Shown here in pieces: positions 37,011 to 48,097 of a stretch of DNA of 64,000 nucleotides. The position numbers and the translations under genes were made by a program. Positions within the stretch are counted from its first letter, which is position 1. Every line of letters starts with the position of its first letter. Origin of the DNA: Vicugna vicugna (lineage: Eukaryota); the NCBI GenBank assembly GCA_013265495.1, contig MU059953.1, forward strand, positions 4,488,501-4,552,500, read 5' to 3'. The notes beneath the pieces were generated by a model, which saw only the letters and a program-made list of their open reading frames with translations, did not search any database and was not told the origin of the DNA.

Positions 37011-37739
37011 TCCTCAGACTGGAAGAGTCAATGTATTTTCAACAGCTTGATCAATACGCTTTCAAAAAATCTGGAACGTTTGATCTAACATGACTATAAC
37101 CTTTTAACATATGAAAAATTTGCAACTTGAATAAGCATTCGATCGTAGAAATTAACAACCTGATTAAAAAGAAAGGGGCCTAAAGCACAGAAGTTTGTGA
37201 AAACAACTCAAAGAACAAAACGCGGCCCCACATCCCCCGACGGCAGCCTCACTCCTTCCAGCCGCCCCCATCTTGGGGACTGTCCTTGTTTGGTCGACCA
37301 AACCCTCTTGCCTGCCTTTTCACTCTTCACAGCCTCCCTCACAGCTGCTTGCGATTATCAGCCGGGAGCCTAATCCCTTCCTTAGCAGGGCCCATAATCA
37401 CCCCTTTACCGGGGAGCCCGGCCTGGTACCTCCCGTCCTCCAGCTCGTCCGTGCGCTCCCGGCTCCCTCCCGTCCCGCTGCAGGCGGCCGCGCGCTCTTA
37501 CAGCTTCTTCCCCTGACGCGCCCTCCTCGTGTCCTGTTTCGCCCTGGAGACCCCCAGATCTTGAGGGCCCAGAGTCTAGAGTTCAAGTCAGGGCAGGAAT
37601 TTCTTTGACCTAAGTCTGTGGATCTGCCGCAGCAGACTTTAACTTTTACCTTAGCCTTATTTCAACCACCTGTCATTTCTGCTTCCAACATGTTCACTGA
37701 AAACTCTATTTACTTATGTTTTCCCTCACATTATTTCCA

Positions 37740-39200
37740 GCATAACTTTTTTTAGGTTATGAAATGAATTCGTGTTCATTGTAAGTTGTTTGGAAGATGA
37801 ATAAAGGTATAGAATGACAGAAAAAAACACAAACGCGGTGCCCAGACGCAGCCTGTGTTAACATCTTGGCATGTTTGCTTCTAAGTATTTTCTGTGCTTT
37901 TAAACATAATTGAGATCATAACGCATGTGCACATTTTTATTCCGCCTTTTTTGTCTATTTATTGCTTTTTCAGAGAACACATGGTTTTATTTACCCATGG
38001 CACTGTTCTCTTTCATAATGTCTTAATTTATCTTTTAGTCCTTATTATTTCCTTCCTCTTAGATTTTTTAATTAGAAATATTTTCTCCTTCCTGTTTTAG
38101 TTAAATGCATAGTTGATTAATGTTTATTATTTTTATTCAAAACTGAATTTCAAATATTGATTTTTTTTCTTACCCCCAAGGTAATTGATTTTTATTAAAG
38201 CCAGAAAATACAATGGGACAAACCCATGGCAATCCCTGCTCACTAAGAATAACTGTGAGTGGCCTTCCGATTGTTCTTGTGTCAATACACACCCCCCCAA
38301 AAGGTTCATAACTTCTGATTTCACCTAGCATTGCATGAGCATTTTCTGTGCCAATCCACGCACCGCTTCCACCAAGTTTTCATGGCTGCACAGCGCCCGA
38401 CTGTGCACGTGCACTGCAGTGTATTTAACCACACCCGTATTTCTAGATGGCTAAGTTGCTCCCACCCTAACATTGTCTGCTAGAAATACTGCCTTGCAAT
38501 GAGTATTTTTAAAATATCGCTTTTGCACTGTTATGTAGTTTGCGTTTAGAGAAAAAGAGTACTCAATTTATAGAAGTAAAATTCACGGAAGAAGGGGCTT
38601 ACCTTCGGCTGCCCATGTGATTGTCAGTTCCCAGTTCAGAATAGTTTCCACATCTACCTAGACCTCAGGACAGTGTTGATCTGTCTTCTCACATTTCCAT
38701 CCACATGGGCCATGGACACCTAACAGACCTTTTCCTTTTGATAGGAAAGCACATGTTTTTCTTCAGTTACTAGTGAGATTAAAATTCCTCCTAATTTATG
38801 TAGCGTTTATATTCGTGTCCTTAGCCCATTTATAGTCCATTGTTCTTTGTTTTTGAAATGCCTTCTCTACATGAAGACCATTCACAATTTGTCTTGTGTA
38901 TTGAGAATACTGTTACCATTTTGTATTTTCTTTTCACTTTATTGTTGCTGTAAAGAAGTTTTAGGTGTCTGTGTAGACATCGTTTTTTAATAGCTTTTGC
39001 TTTGAGGTTACTCTGAAAAATCCCCCATCCCATTCTATGGTTATATAAATATTCAACTATCATTCCTTTTTGGACTTTCATAATGTCATTTTTCTTTAAT
39101 GTTTAATTTCATTTTTCTTCCATGTTTAACAATTGAAAGTATTTTCGTTTAAGACAAAGCAGTGTTTAACTTAATGAATCTGTAAATGTTAGTCACCGTG
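37740..39200 (-). mobile_element. Fragmented ancient L1ME-like sequence
   Basis: AT-rich blocks with antisense L1 3' motifs (gcatgagcattttc, tttcatggctgcacag, tttgctttgaggttactc). Confidence 0.45.
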
Positions 39201-39634
39201 TTGCCCCCTTGATTTGAGATGCCATCACTGTGTGTCTCTCGTGTGTAATCACACGTATGTGTGATGTAAAACCCCTGCTTACAGATGCAGCTTGAATCAG
39301 AGGGTTAATCAATGGCTGTGAGGTTTTAGATACAAGCACCTCTGGGTCTCAGGATGCAGATTCCAGTGGGGCTGTCGTTTGCTCTCGGGACTGGCAGGGC
39401 TGCTCTCCGAGTGTCCCTGCACAGCACGGCTGAGGTGGTTCTTCCTGGTCCTCAGGGCGTGGGCAGTGGTCCCTGGATTTATCCTGGCTTCAGCCTCTTT
39501 GTCTCCGACCATTATCAGCCCTCTCCCTTTATCTTCTTCCCAGGTTTTGATTTCAAGGTTCCAGAGGGCCACGGAGTTTCCTCCCCTGCAGCCTGACCGC
39601 CCCACTGCACCGACTCCTTAATTAGGTCAGGCGC

Positions 39635-40470
39635 CCCCGTAGCAGACCCTGAGATAAGGGTTTGAGCACAAGTTATTTATTTTGGAGGTGATCCTGGGGA
39701 GCATTGGCAGCTGAATGCTGAGTGGGACATGGGGAGGAAGCTAACAGTGTTGCAGGAAAACGGGGCACGAGAGAACGGTTGTGTCCCAGGTCTCAGGTGC
39801 GTCCCTGGGCCACACACCCTGGCTTAGGGTCCTCGGCTTCACACGGGAAAGAATTCCAGCGTGAGGCACGGGGAAGTGCGAGCAAGTCTACTCTGGGAGA
39901 CACTCCCCAGCCAGCGCGTGGGCCGTCTCAGAAGGCAAGAGAGATGGTCCCGGTGTGTGGGGTGGTTAATTTTTAGGGGCCGAGTGATTTCATACGCCAG
40001 TGAGAGGGAGGATCATTCCAACCATGTCGAGGAAGGGGAGAGGATTTCCCAGAACTGGGCCGCCACCCACTTTTTGGCCCTTGAGGGTCAGCCTCGGAGC
40101 AGTCATGGCGCCCGCGGGGGGCCAGCCGGCGTCTGCTGTGTTTCAGTGACACAAAGAGCCTCCAGGTCTGCTGGAAGTCAGAGCCCCTCCCTCTGGGGCC
40201 TGGCTATGTCCCATCCTCAGTACTATGTCATTCTTTTAGTGGCTGTGCCCTGCCCTCCTGTCTCAGCAGCAGGAGCACCAGCGATGGCGGGGGCAGCTGG
40301 GCCCGGTCCCTCATGCCTCAGGGCTGGCCCACCCGAGGGGTGTGAGAGCTGGGGTGCTTATCCACCACCTGTTGGCCATCACTGGTCGGGAGTGTTCCTG
40401 GGGACCTTAACTCCCTGGTATTCTGGCTGCTCCTGCTGCAGAGGAAGGGCTGAGACAGAGCTGCAGGTGG
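39635..40470. mobile_element. ERVL LTR (LTR16/LTR33-like), interrupted by an ERV1-type LTR
   Basis: gcagaccctgagataagggtttgagcacaagttatttattttggaggtgatcc and gagctggggtgcttatccaccacctg...ttaactccc are LTR16-family hallmarks. Confidence 0.6.
39751..40145 (-). mobile_element. ERV1-type solo LTR nested in the ERVL LTR
   Basis: TG...CA ends. tcggcttcacacgggaaagaattccagcgtgag resembles antisense MER4/MER41-group LTRs. Possible 4-bp TSD gtgt/gtga. Confidence 0.55.
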
Positions 40471-43189
40471 CTTGAGTTGCAGGCCAGGGGGGATAAGGGA
40501 AGGCCACCAACTGTGACGGCTAAAGTGTCCCCAGTTGGTTGTGGTCCAGGTGCTGCTGAAAATACTTCTGCTGTGATAGGACGTGGGGTGGACGGCGCCA
40601 TCACAGGGCAGCTCTGGTTAGAAGAGCCTTCCCTGGATTGAGCCCAGATACCCTTCTTAAAACTTGCACATTTTGTTCCAGTTCTGCCTTCTGGAAAAAA
40701 TGGATCAAAACATATTTTCCAGAGGAGTTAGAACAATTACCCAGAAACAGCAGAGTCTCTGCTCTCACCCAAACAAGGGCAGAGCCCTCAGGTGCATGAC
40801 TGTGGGCACCTGCCTCGTCCTCCACGCTCATCTCTTGTGGTCGTTTCTCAGCACAGCCAGCAGGACGCACACGTGGGTGTAGCTAAGGGGGCTCCAACGT
40901 CGCCTGCATTCCTGTGGGGGGAGGAACAGAGTCAGCTCCTCCTCCAGGCACCTTGGTTAGGTCAGCTGCTCCAGGGAGCTGGGGAACATGTACCCTGAAT
41001 GACTCATCCATGAGTCATGGAATGTTTATTCTCATTTTCAGATTATTTTTTTTAAACTCACAAATGCTTCCTTCCCACAGGCAAACAATTGCCATTTTTG
41101 TTCTAAAAGGCTGTCGATGGGCCAATTTGATCATCATCTTAATCTCTTACCACATATTAATGGAATACATGCATTTAATTTGGCTTAGCAGAAGATGGAT
41201 TCCCAAGATAAAATCCAACTTCGGTCTCTTTCCTTTCTTGCTCTGTAAGCAAATCCCAGATGAAGCCCCCGGAGGCCAGCGCTCGCAGCCGCCCCGTGAC
41301 GACAAGTCCACAGGCCAGTGACGCCGGGAGGGGGGGGAGTTCATACTTTGCATTCACTGGCTTTACTTCAAGTATTTGGGAGGGGCACCTGCGTCTCATT
41401 TTTAATGACAGGGAGAGTGATAAATGCGATCAGAGAATAAGTTCTATTGTCATCGCTTTAGAAAAGTTAAGCAGGATTAATTACGAAGGAGCCGGGCGAG
41501 GAGCACCCCTCAAGGTCAGAAGTTGAATGCAACGGCTTTGCATTCCGTAAGATGCGCGAGGGTGCCAGGAGGACCCTAGCTTCTACCATTTCAGGTGGCC
41601 CGCTTTCCCAGGTCAGCAGGCAGACCTGAGCCTGTGGGACTCGGAATTGAGTTCTGCTCTAGGAAGCAGGGGACAGGCTGTGCAAACCCGCCAAGGGAAG
41701 TTCCGATTTACAAAGGCAATCCCACTCTCCTTGCTGGCGTGCCCCTGGACCCCAGCCCCCAAGTATGTGTCCCCAGGAGTCACCTCCTCCCTGAGCCCCC
41801 GACTCTCCCTCATCCTGTCTGGGTGCTGCCCTGCACCCACGGGCGGAGCAGCGCTGGGTGTGCCGGACCCCAGGGGTGCCCGGGGCCCTTGCGAGGACGG
41901 GCTGGCTTCTGGCTCCAGCCCCATCTCTCTTGGGCGCCTGAGGCAGCAGAGACTCCGAGGAGGTTTTCTGTCATGGGAAGATGCAGGCAAAGAGCCAAGG
42001 ACTGATGCTTGGACTGTCCCTGCCTCTGGCACCTGCCAGTGAAGCCGGCCGCAGGAGGCCCAGCCCTCCTCAGCACCGCAGCAAGGTGGCGGGAGCCCGC
42101 GGGCCCCGGGGTCTCATGACACACTGAGCCACCTTGGGAGCTGCTCTTCCAGCTCACGGCCAGTTGCTAACTGTGGCTTTGGTGTTGGGGGCTGGGGGGG
42201 AGATGGAAAGGGAAGGTTTTCGGAGGCCACGGAGGGAGGGCGCTCCATACCTAAAGCATTGGCCCGACTTGGAAGTCTTCTGAGCAGAGATCCAGCGTCA
42301 GTAAGACACCGGTGACCTAGAAGCGCACCGGGAGCAAGCAGGCATTTATGTGGTGTCATCTATAAGCTGTGGGGTGTGTGAGTGCGCGTTTCTGCAGATT
42401 TTGCTGCCATGTCCTCAGGCAGGGAGTGGGCTTAAAATGGGAGCAGCCAGTGGCGTTGCCTGCGGTGCCCTCCCTGGGGCGGGGACAAGGGGGTGTATGA
42501 GTGAGAACGAGGCGGGCGCATTGGGGGCCCTAAGTTCTCCCTGGGGACCAGCCATCACATCATCTCCGGATCCCTGCAGCCGTCCCAGCTCCCGAATTCA
42601 TCCTTGAGCCGTAAGGGCAACACGGTTCTCACCTGCCTGGACAGCACCTGGGGGCTAAGTGCCCCCCACACCCCTGGGCAGGACAGCAGCACATAGATTC
42701 CCTGGCGGGGCTTCTCCCCAGAACTTTCCAGAAGCAGGGCTCAGCCAAGCTCATTTCCTTTCAGAGAACTGAGACTTTTCCAGTGTTGTCACACTCATTC
42801 ATTGTCTGTTTTTATATTAAAAGAATAGAAATTTCACCAACTTGTAAAAACCAGGGGAAAATGTCCGCTGCCACTAGTATTAGGGACAGATGTTTAATTT
42901 CAAAGGACACGTAAATGCACTGTGCTTTCCAGCAAAGTGGAAGCCAGACCCGCTGAGCAGCCCTTACCAATTAGCAGTGTCCCCTCTCCCTCCACGCCCA
43001 CTGCCTGGCGCACACCAGGGGCTGGAGGAACGCGCTGGCCAGGGCCGCCCTCCAGCCCCACGCGGAAGCCAGCCGCCGAGGGCAGGCGGGGTTTGAGGTT
43101 CCGCGTCCCTCCTCTGCTCCGGCAGATGGAGATGCCTTCTAGATGTTCCGTGCATCAATCAGCAGAGCCAAGTTTATTTCTCTACCTGA

Positions 43190-43233
43190 CACAAACACAC
43201 ACACACACGCACACACATACACACACACGCACA
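43190..43233. repeat. Imperfect (CA)n microsatellite
   Basis: acacaaacacacacacacacgcacacacatacacacacacgcaca. Confidence 0.9.
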
Positions 43234-43412
43234 TATATACATCAGATTAAGGAATATACACATTCCCACTTACTAATTTTCCTGAAATTGGGATGTTTTC
43301 ATGCCCACTATATATATATTATTAAATCTTGTCTACTTTTTTTTCCTGGAAAGTGACATCAAGTTAGTGGTGCATCTTCAAATCAATGGCTTCTTCAAGT
43401 TAATGAAATGTG
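43232..43412. mobile_element. MER104-like (TcMar-Tc2) element
   Basis: ctgaaattgggatg near the start and ggtgcatcttcaaatcaatggcttcttcaagttaatgaaatg at the end resemble the Tc2-type termini. Confidence 0.5.
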
Positions 43413-43619
43413 ACTTGATTGAAAAACGCTTTTCATTTGCAAGAGAAACAGTTACTGAGAAGAGAGCACCCTGACAGTGAGCAGTGAGACAGGTGGCGAG
43501 GGCTCTTCAGGGGGAGACCCGCGTTCTCACCCGGGAAGATTTCACACGTAGCTGAGCCGGTTCTCCAGGGAAGGCACCTCGATACCTCGGGGATGGAATT
43601 CCGGCTAAAGTCCCCAGAG

Positions 43620-44230
43620 CCTACCTGGGGAACAAAATGACATGGAGTTCACCTGGAAGAATGTGCGAGAATCACTAGGAAGACTCTGGAAAACAACAAA
43701 GTGAAGTGACCCAGAGAAGCAAACGGTGACGCACCTTAAGGTAACGAGGAAGGTAGTGCAATCTCGCGCTCGTAGGAACAGAATTCTGGCTGCCGACAGA
43801 TGGCTCCGAAACGGCTCGAGATGTGCTAGCATTTCCTACGTGGAAAGGGAGAATCAAGTCAGTGTGAAGAAGATGGATTGTGCAAAATGTTACTGGCACA
43901 GGTGGTTACAAGTTTTGGAAAAAAATTGAAGTTGGATTCTTACCTCACGAAAAAACTAAAAATAAATTCCAGATGCTTTAGAGAGAAGTGTAGCACAAAT
44001 GCAACAGTAAAGGAATTTGAGGGTGATGTGGGTGAATATTTTTACACTCTGGGGGTGACAAGGCTTTTCTCAGCATAAGAATGAAACTAGCAGAGAGAAC
44101 GGAAAAGTCACGTGACGCTTCGTAAGAACAGGACGCGGCCGTGCAAGGTGGGAGGCAAACAGGCGACGACCTCACCACTCGCGTCGAGACAAAGGCCGTC
44201 TCGGGGAGATGGACGACAACTCGGCTTTGC
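43620..44230 (+). mobile_element. Old L1 ORF2 C-terminal fragment
   Basis: ORF 43878-44078 gives KLKLDSYLTKKLKINSRCFREK...VKEFEGDVGEYFYTLGV, matching L1 [22 protein letters not shown]...IKTLEENLG. ORF 43726-43929 gives KCYWHRWLQVLEK, matching KWCWENWLAICRK. Confidence 0.85.
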
Positions 44231-44609
44231 CCTTGATGCAGCGCTGTCATCAGCCCTTGTGGAGTCCCTTATTTGATGTGGACACAGCCTGCGAGGTGGG
44301 CGGGGACGGTCCCCATGCCACAGAGAGCGGGCGGAGCCCAGGGTGTGTGTGAATCAGTTGGAAGAATGACGAGCATCCTCAGAGAAGCATCAGCCAACTG
44401 ACAACAGAAGGAAAATGGTGAGTTAATCCGAGGGGGCAAATGATTCAGTCACCGCTGATCAAAGAAGTGGGCTTGGAGCCACAGTCAGGTACCGCTGAGC
44501 GGCGTCTCGCTCATGTTAAAGACCGGAGCTGGTGAGGAGCGGGCCGTGCTGCCCGCCGCCCGGACTTCTGGCCCGAGGAGGCCGGGTGCAAAGCGGGCGC
44601 AGCCGCCAC

Positions 44610-44712
44610 AGCCTCAGCACAGCTGGGCGACTTGTGTACCCCCTTGGCCTCAGTCTCCTCCTCTGTGAAGTGGGGGCAGTGACGGCACCATCATCCCGTG
44701 GGAGTGCAGATT
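44610..44712 (+). mobile_element. MIR fragment, GC-shifted
   Basis: ccttggcctcagtctcctcctctgtgaagtggggg corresponds to MIR ctctgtgcctcagtttcctcatctgtaaaatgggg. Confidence 0.6.
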
Positions 44713-47700
44713 TCAGGATCACTCCAGGAACCCGGCCTGGAAACATGCGGACTACACGTAAACAGTCAAATGCACCAGCACCTCCTCCAGCGCCGTCTGC
44801 CAGCTCTGCGCCCCCGCGCCCCCCCACCCAGTGCCGCTGCCCCGGGCCTCCTGCGGGGGTCCTGTGCACCGGCTGTCGGGGTGGGCCCCCAGCCTGCCTG
44901 CGTGCAGTTGGTCCAGGACCCCAGCCCCGTCTCCTCTCCTCGGGTAGGGCTGTCGTCTCCAGCTCCATGACCTAGCTTTCCTCCAGCCTCCAAGCTGGGT
45001 GTCTCTGAGAGCAGAGCCCGGGCAGAGGGCTCCCAGGTTCCTGAGGGAGCTGGCGAGCTGGGGCAGGCGTGAGGACAGAAAGGACAGGGGGCGTCCGTAC
45101 AGAACGAGTTCAGTGCTGTGGGGCTGGTGTAGACCCCACTGACCCCCCTGAGGAGGTTCTCCCCTTGGACACGAGGGGGCCTCTGGCCTCACTTCCCTCC
45201 CCCTCCCCTGGATGCAGGGTCCAGGACGGGCGACCCTGGGTGTGCCTGGGTGAAGCTGGCCAGCACCTGAGGGGGAGTGGGCTTGGCAGCCGTGGCTGGT
45301 GGGAGGGCGGTGCTGAGCGGTGTGCGTGTGTTGCACAACGGATGTCCCTTTCTGAACCCTAGTCCAGTGCCACCCAGCCCAGAGGCCCCCCTGCCCCTTG
45401 CACTGACTGCGTACCCGGCACCGTTTCTGCGGGCAGCGGCAGGCGCCTGTGCCCTGTGGGCTGGGGAATCAGCACACTCAAGCTTTTGTTTGAGAGGTTT
45501 CAGTGGGTCGATGAGTGTATGGTGGGTCGGGGCTGCCGGGGGTGCTGTGAATGGAAGTTGCATTCACAGAAGTAGATTGTCCACGACAACGGAGGGCAGC
45601 CGCTCCGTCCATCAGGGGTGAGAGGGACCCTCGCCAGAACACCTGGTTCCTTCTCAGGAGGTGCTGCGTTTGATCACCTTTCCCCCTCTGGTTCCCGAGT
45701 GATGAAGCCCAAAGAAAGCTCAGGCTGAGGGTGGACCCCGTCTTCTTGCCCCCAGTGTCAGCTGCCTTTCTCGTCACGGAAAAGCGTGATGGAGAAAGTC
45801 CTTCTGGAGTCCCTCCGCCTTCCTCCCCGAGGCTGGAGGTGGGGTTGCTCCTTCCTGCTGGTCCCCTGCCTGCCGCTCCCATCCCAGCCCCTAAAGTGGA
45901 CCTCGAGTCCCTCTAACTGGGAGATACCTCAGTGCAAAGACAGAGAGAACACGGCTGCAGCCACAGGCACCCGCCAGCCTTAGCAGGCCAGATTTCCCAA
46001 ACTCATGCTTCCTGGGCCCTCACCGGTGCCCCATCCAGTGAGAGCCAGCCTTCCTGGGGTCCAACCTAGATTTGGGGTGAGGACGGCAGAGGTCTGAGTG
46101 GCCCCTCATCCCCCAGATTCACTGAGCAGCCTCCATCCTCCAATGCGACATCCTCATCCCTGCGGAGGAGGAGGGAGAGGCACCAGTGAAGGCAGCTTGG
46201 CGCCCCGAGCACAGACCCCGCTGCGGCCACATCGTGAGGGTGGATGCCCTGCTCTGCGAGGATCCAGTGGGTGGGAGCCAGGGGGAAAAGCCGGGTCCGA
46301 GACCCAGGGTAGAGCCCCGAGGGACGGTAGGCGGTGAGGAGGTACCCCCTGATTCGGTGGAACAGACACCAGCAGAGCCGAGGGCCTTAGGTGGAGATGC
46401 CCGGCTCCACTGTCTTTTAGAGCGATGTTGTCATGAGCTGGTGAATGAAATTCCTTCTCCAGTGAAACTCAGACATGTGTTGGAACCCTCAGCCCTGGTG
46501 TCTTAGCTCTGGGTCAACTAGGGGGTCAGAGCCCTGAAACTCATGTGTTGCGGCCCAGACAAGGCAGACACTGGGCCGCTCAGAACGACGTGTGGTGCTC
46601 ACAGCTCCCGGGCACTGGGCATGTGGCTCCCCCAGGGGAGGGGTCCGGCCCAGGCAGAAACACGTGGGCAAGCTTGGCGCTTCCAGGATGCCTCTGCCGG
46701 TGGAGAAATACGGGGAACTCGGGTCTTTGGAATTAGTTATGCTCCTTTGACAAAGGGCTCTGCCGGACCCAAGAATCCAGGGCCAGCAGCCCAGAGGCCC
46801 CTCAGGGCCTACTGAAAGCCAGCACATCCAGACGGAAGACGGGGCGGTCGGACAAGATGGAGATGTGAAAGAGAAGCTTCGAAGGGGGAGGTGGGGTGAA
46901 GTGGGTGGGGGTTCGGCTGGAGAAGCAGCAGGTTGGGAGGCACCCAGTGTGGCCATGGCAGCCGGTGCTTCGCGGTGGGAGCTCCGTGCTGGGCGCCTGC
47001 TGGCCTGGGGATGCTCTGGCACATTCTCCAGCTTACGCCCCTCCCGCTGGCACGTTTCAGTCCTCCGTGCCGCTGGCTGTCCCCGGGGACATGGGCGCCC
47101 GTGTGAGAACAAGAGCTGCTCCATCGCCAGCGGCCCGCGTGGCCGGGGCGGGCAGGGGGGACACCATGGCGGCTTGTTTGGAGGAGGAGGGGTGGGGCGA
47201 GCGTTCAGGTCTGGGCCCCTCTCACCACCCCCTGCTCTCCTTCTGCCTCTGACACGGGGGACAGCCGGACCACAGGGGCCATTGGGGTGAGGACACTTTA
47301 AAAGTACTGAAGGAGGATCCTCGAAATCCCCCAGTTATAAAACTCAGCTGCAGGGCTCCGGGGAGTGTGTGCTTGATGGTGTCGGCGGCTCGCGGCGCAG
47401 TTTCCAGAGACTGCACCCCCACCCTCGGCCTCCTGCTCCGAGAGCAGGCACGTGGTTTAGTCTCCATGAAGCGGCGAGGACCATCCCCAGATGCTGGAGG
47501 AGCAGAGAGAGGGGGGGCGGGGGTCAGGAGTACACACGTCAGAGCTAAAGGTAATTCCAGGTCTAACTGCGTCTATCTGCTGTTTCCAACCTCGCATCTG
47601 GGACACTTTCAGAGAAGCTAAATGCGTGTCTTCTTTTGCTGTGCGAGCTCAGGGGCTGAGGCTCCCCGGTTCTCATGGTCGAAGGGTATTTGTCCCCACA

Positions 47701-47886
47701 GCCCGCCCTTTCCAAAGGACGGAGGATCAGTAGATGCGTTCTGTATGTTGGCTTGTTATATTTCCGTGGAGAGAGAATTGAAGCAACAGGGGAGAGGTAA
47801 ACCCCCACACTAGTCTGGCTGCCACGTCCCGACCTGGTCCCCAAGTGGCCTGCCCTAGGCTGAGGGGCTGAGTCATCCCCTGCCCT

Positions 47887-48097
47887 GCACACAGCACATG
47901 GCACATGGCACACTGCACACAGTGCACTGCACTCTGCACACGGCACACTGCACATTGCACACTGCACACAGCACACTGCACTCTGCACACAGTGCATTGC
48001 ACACTGCACACAGCAGAGCATACAGCACACTGCACACAGCACACTGCACTCTGCACACAGCACACTGCACTCTGCACACAGTGTGTAGCACACAGCA
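47887..48097. repeat. 7-bp-unit minisatellite (GCACACT/GCACACA/GCACTCT variants)
   Basis: About 30 degenerate heptamer units, e.g. gcacact-gcacaca-gcacact-gcactct-gcacaca. Confidence 0.9.

Noticed and set aside
37288-37303. Perfect 16-bp palindrome GTTTGGTCGACCAAAC
   Set aside because: About one such palindrome is expected by chance in 64 kb (64000 / 4^8).
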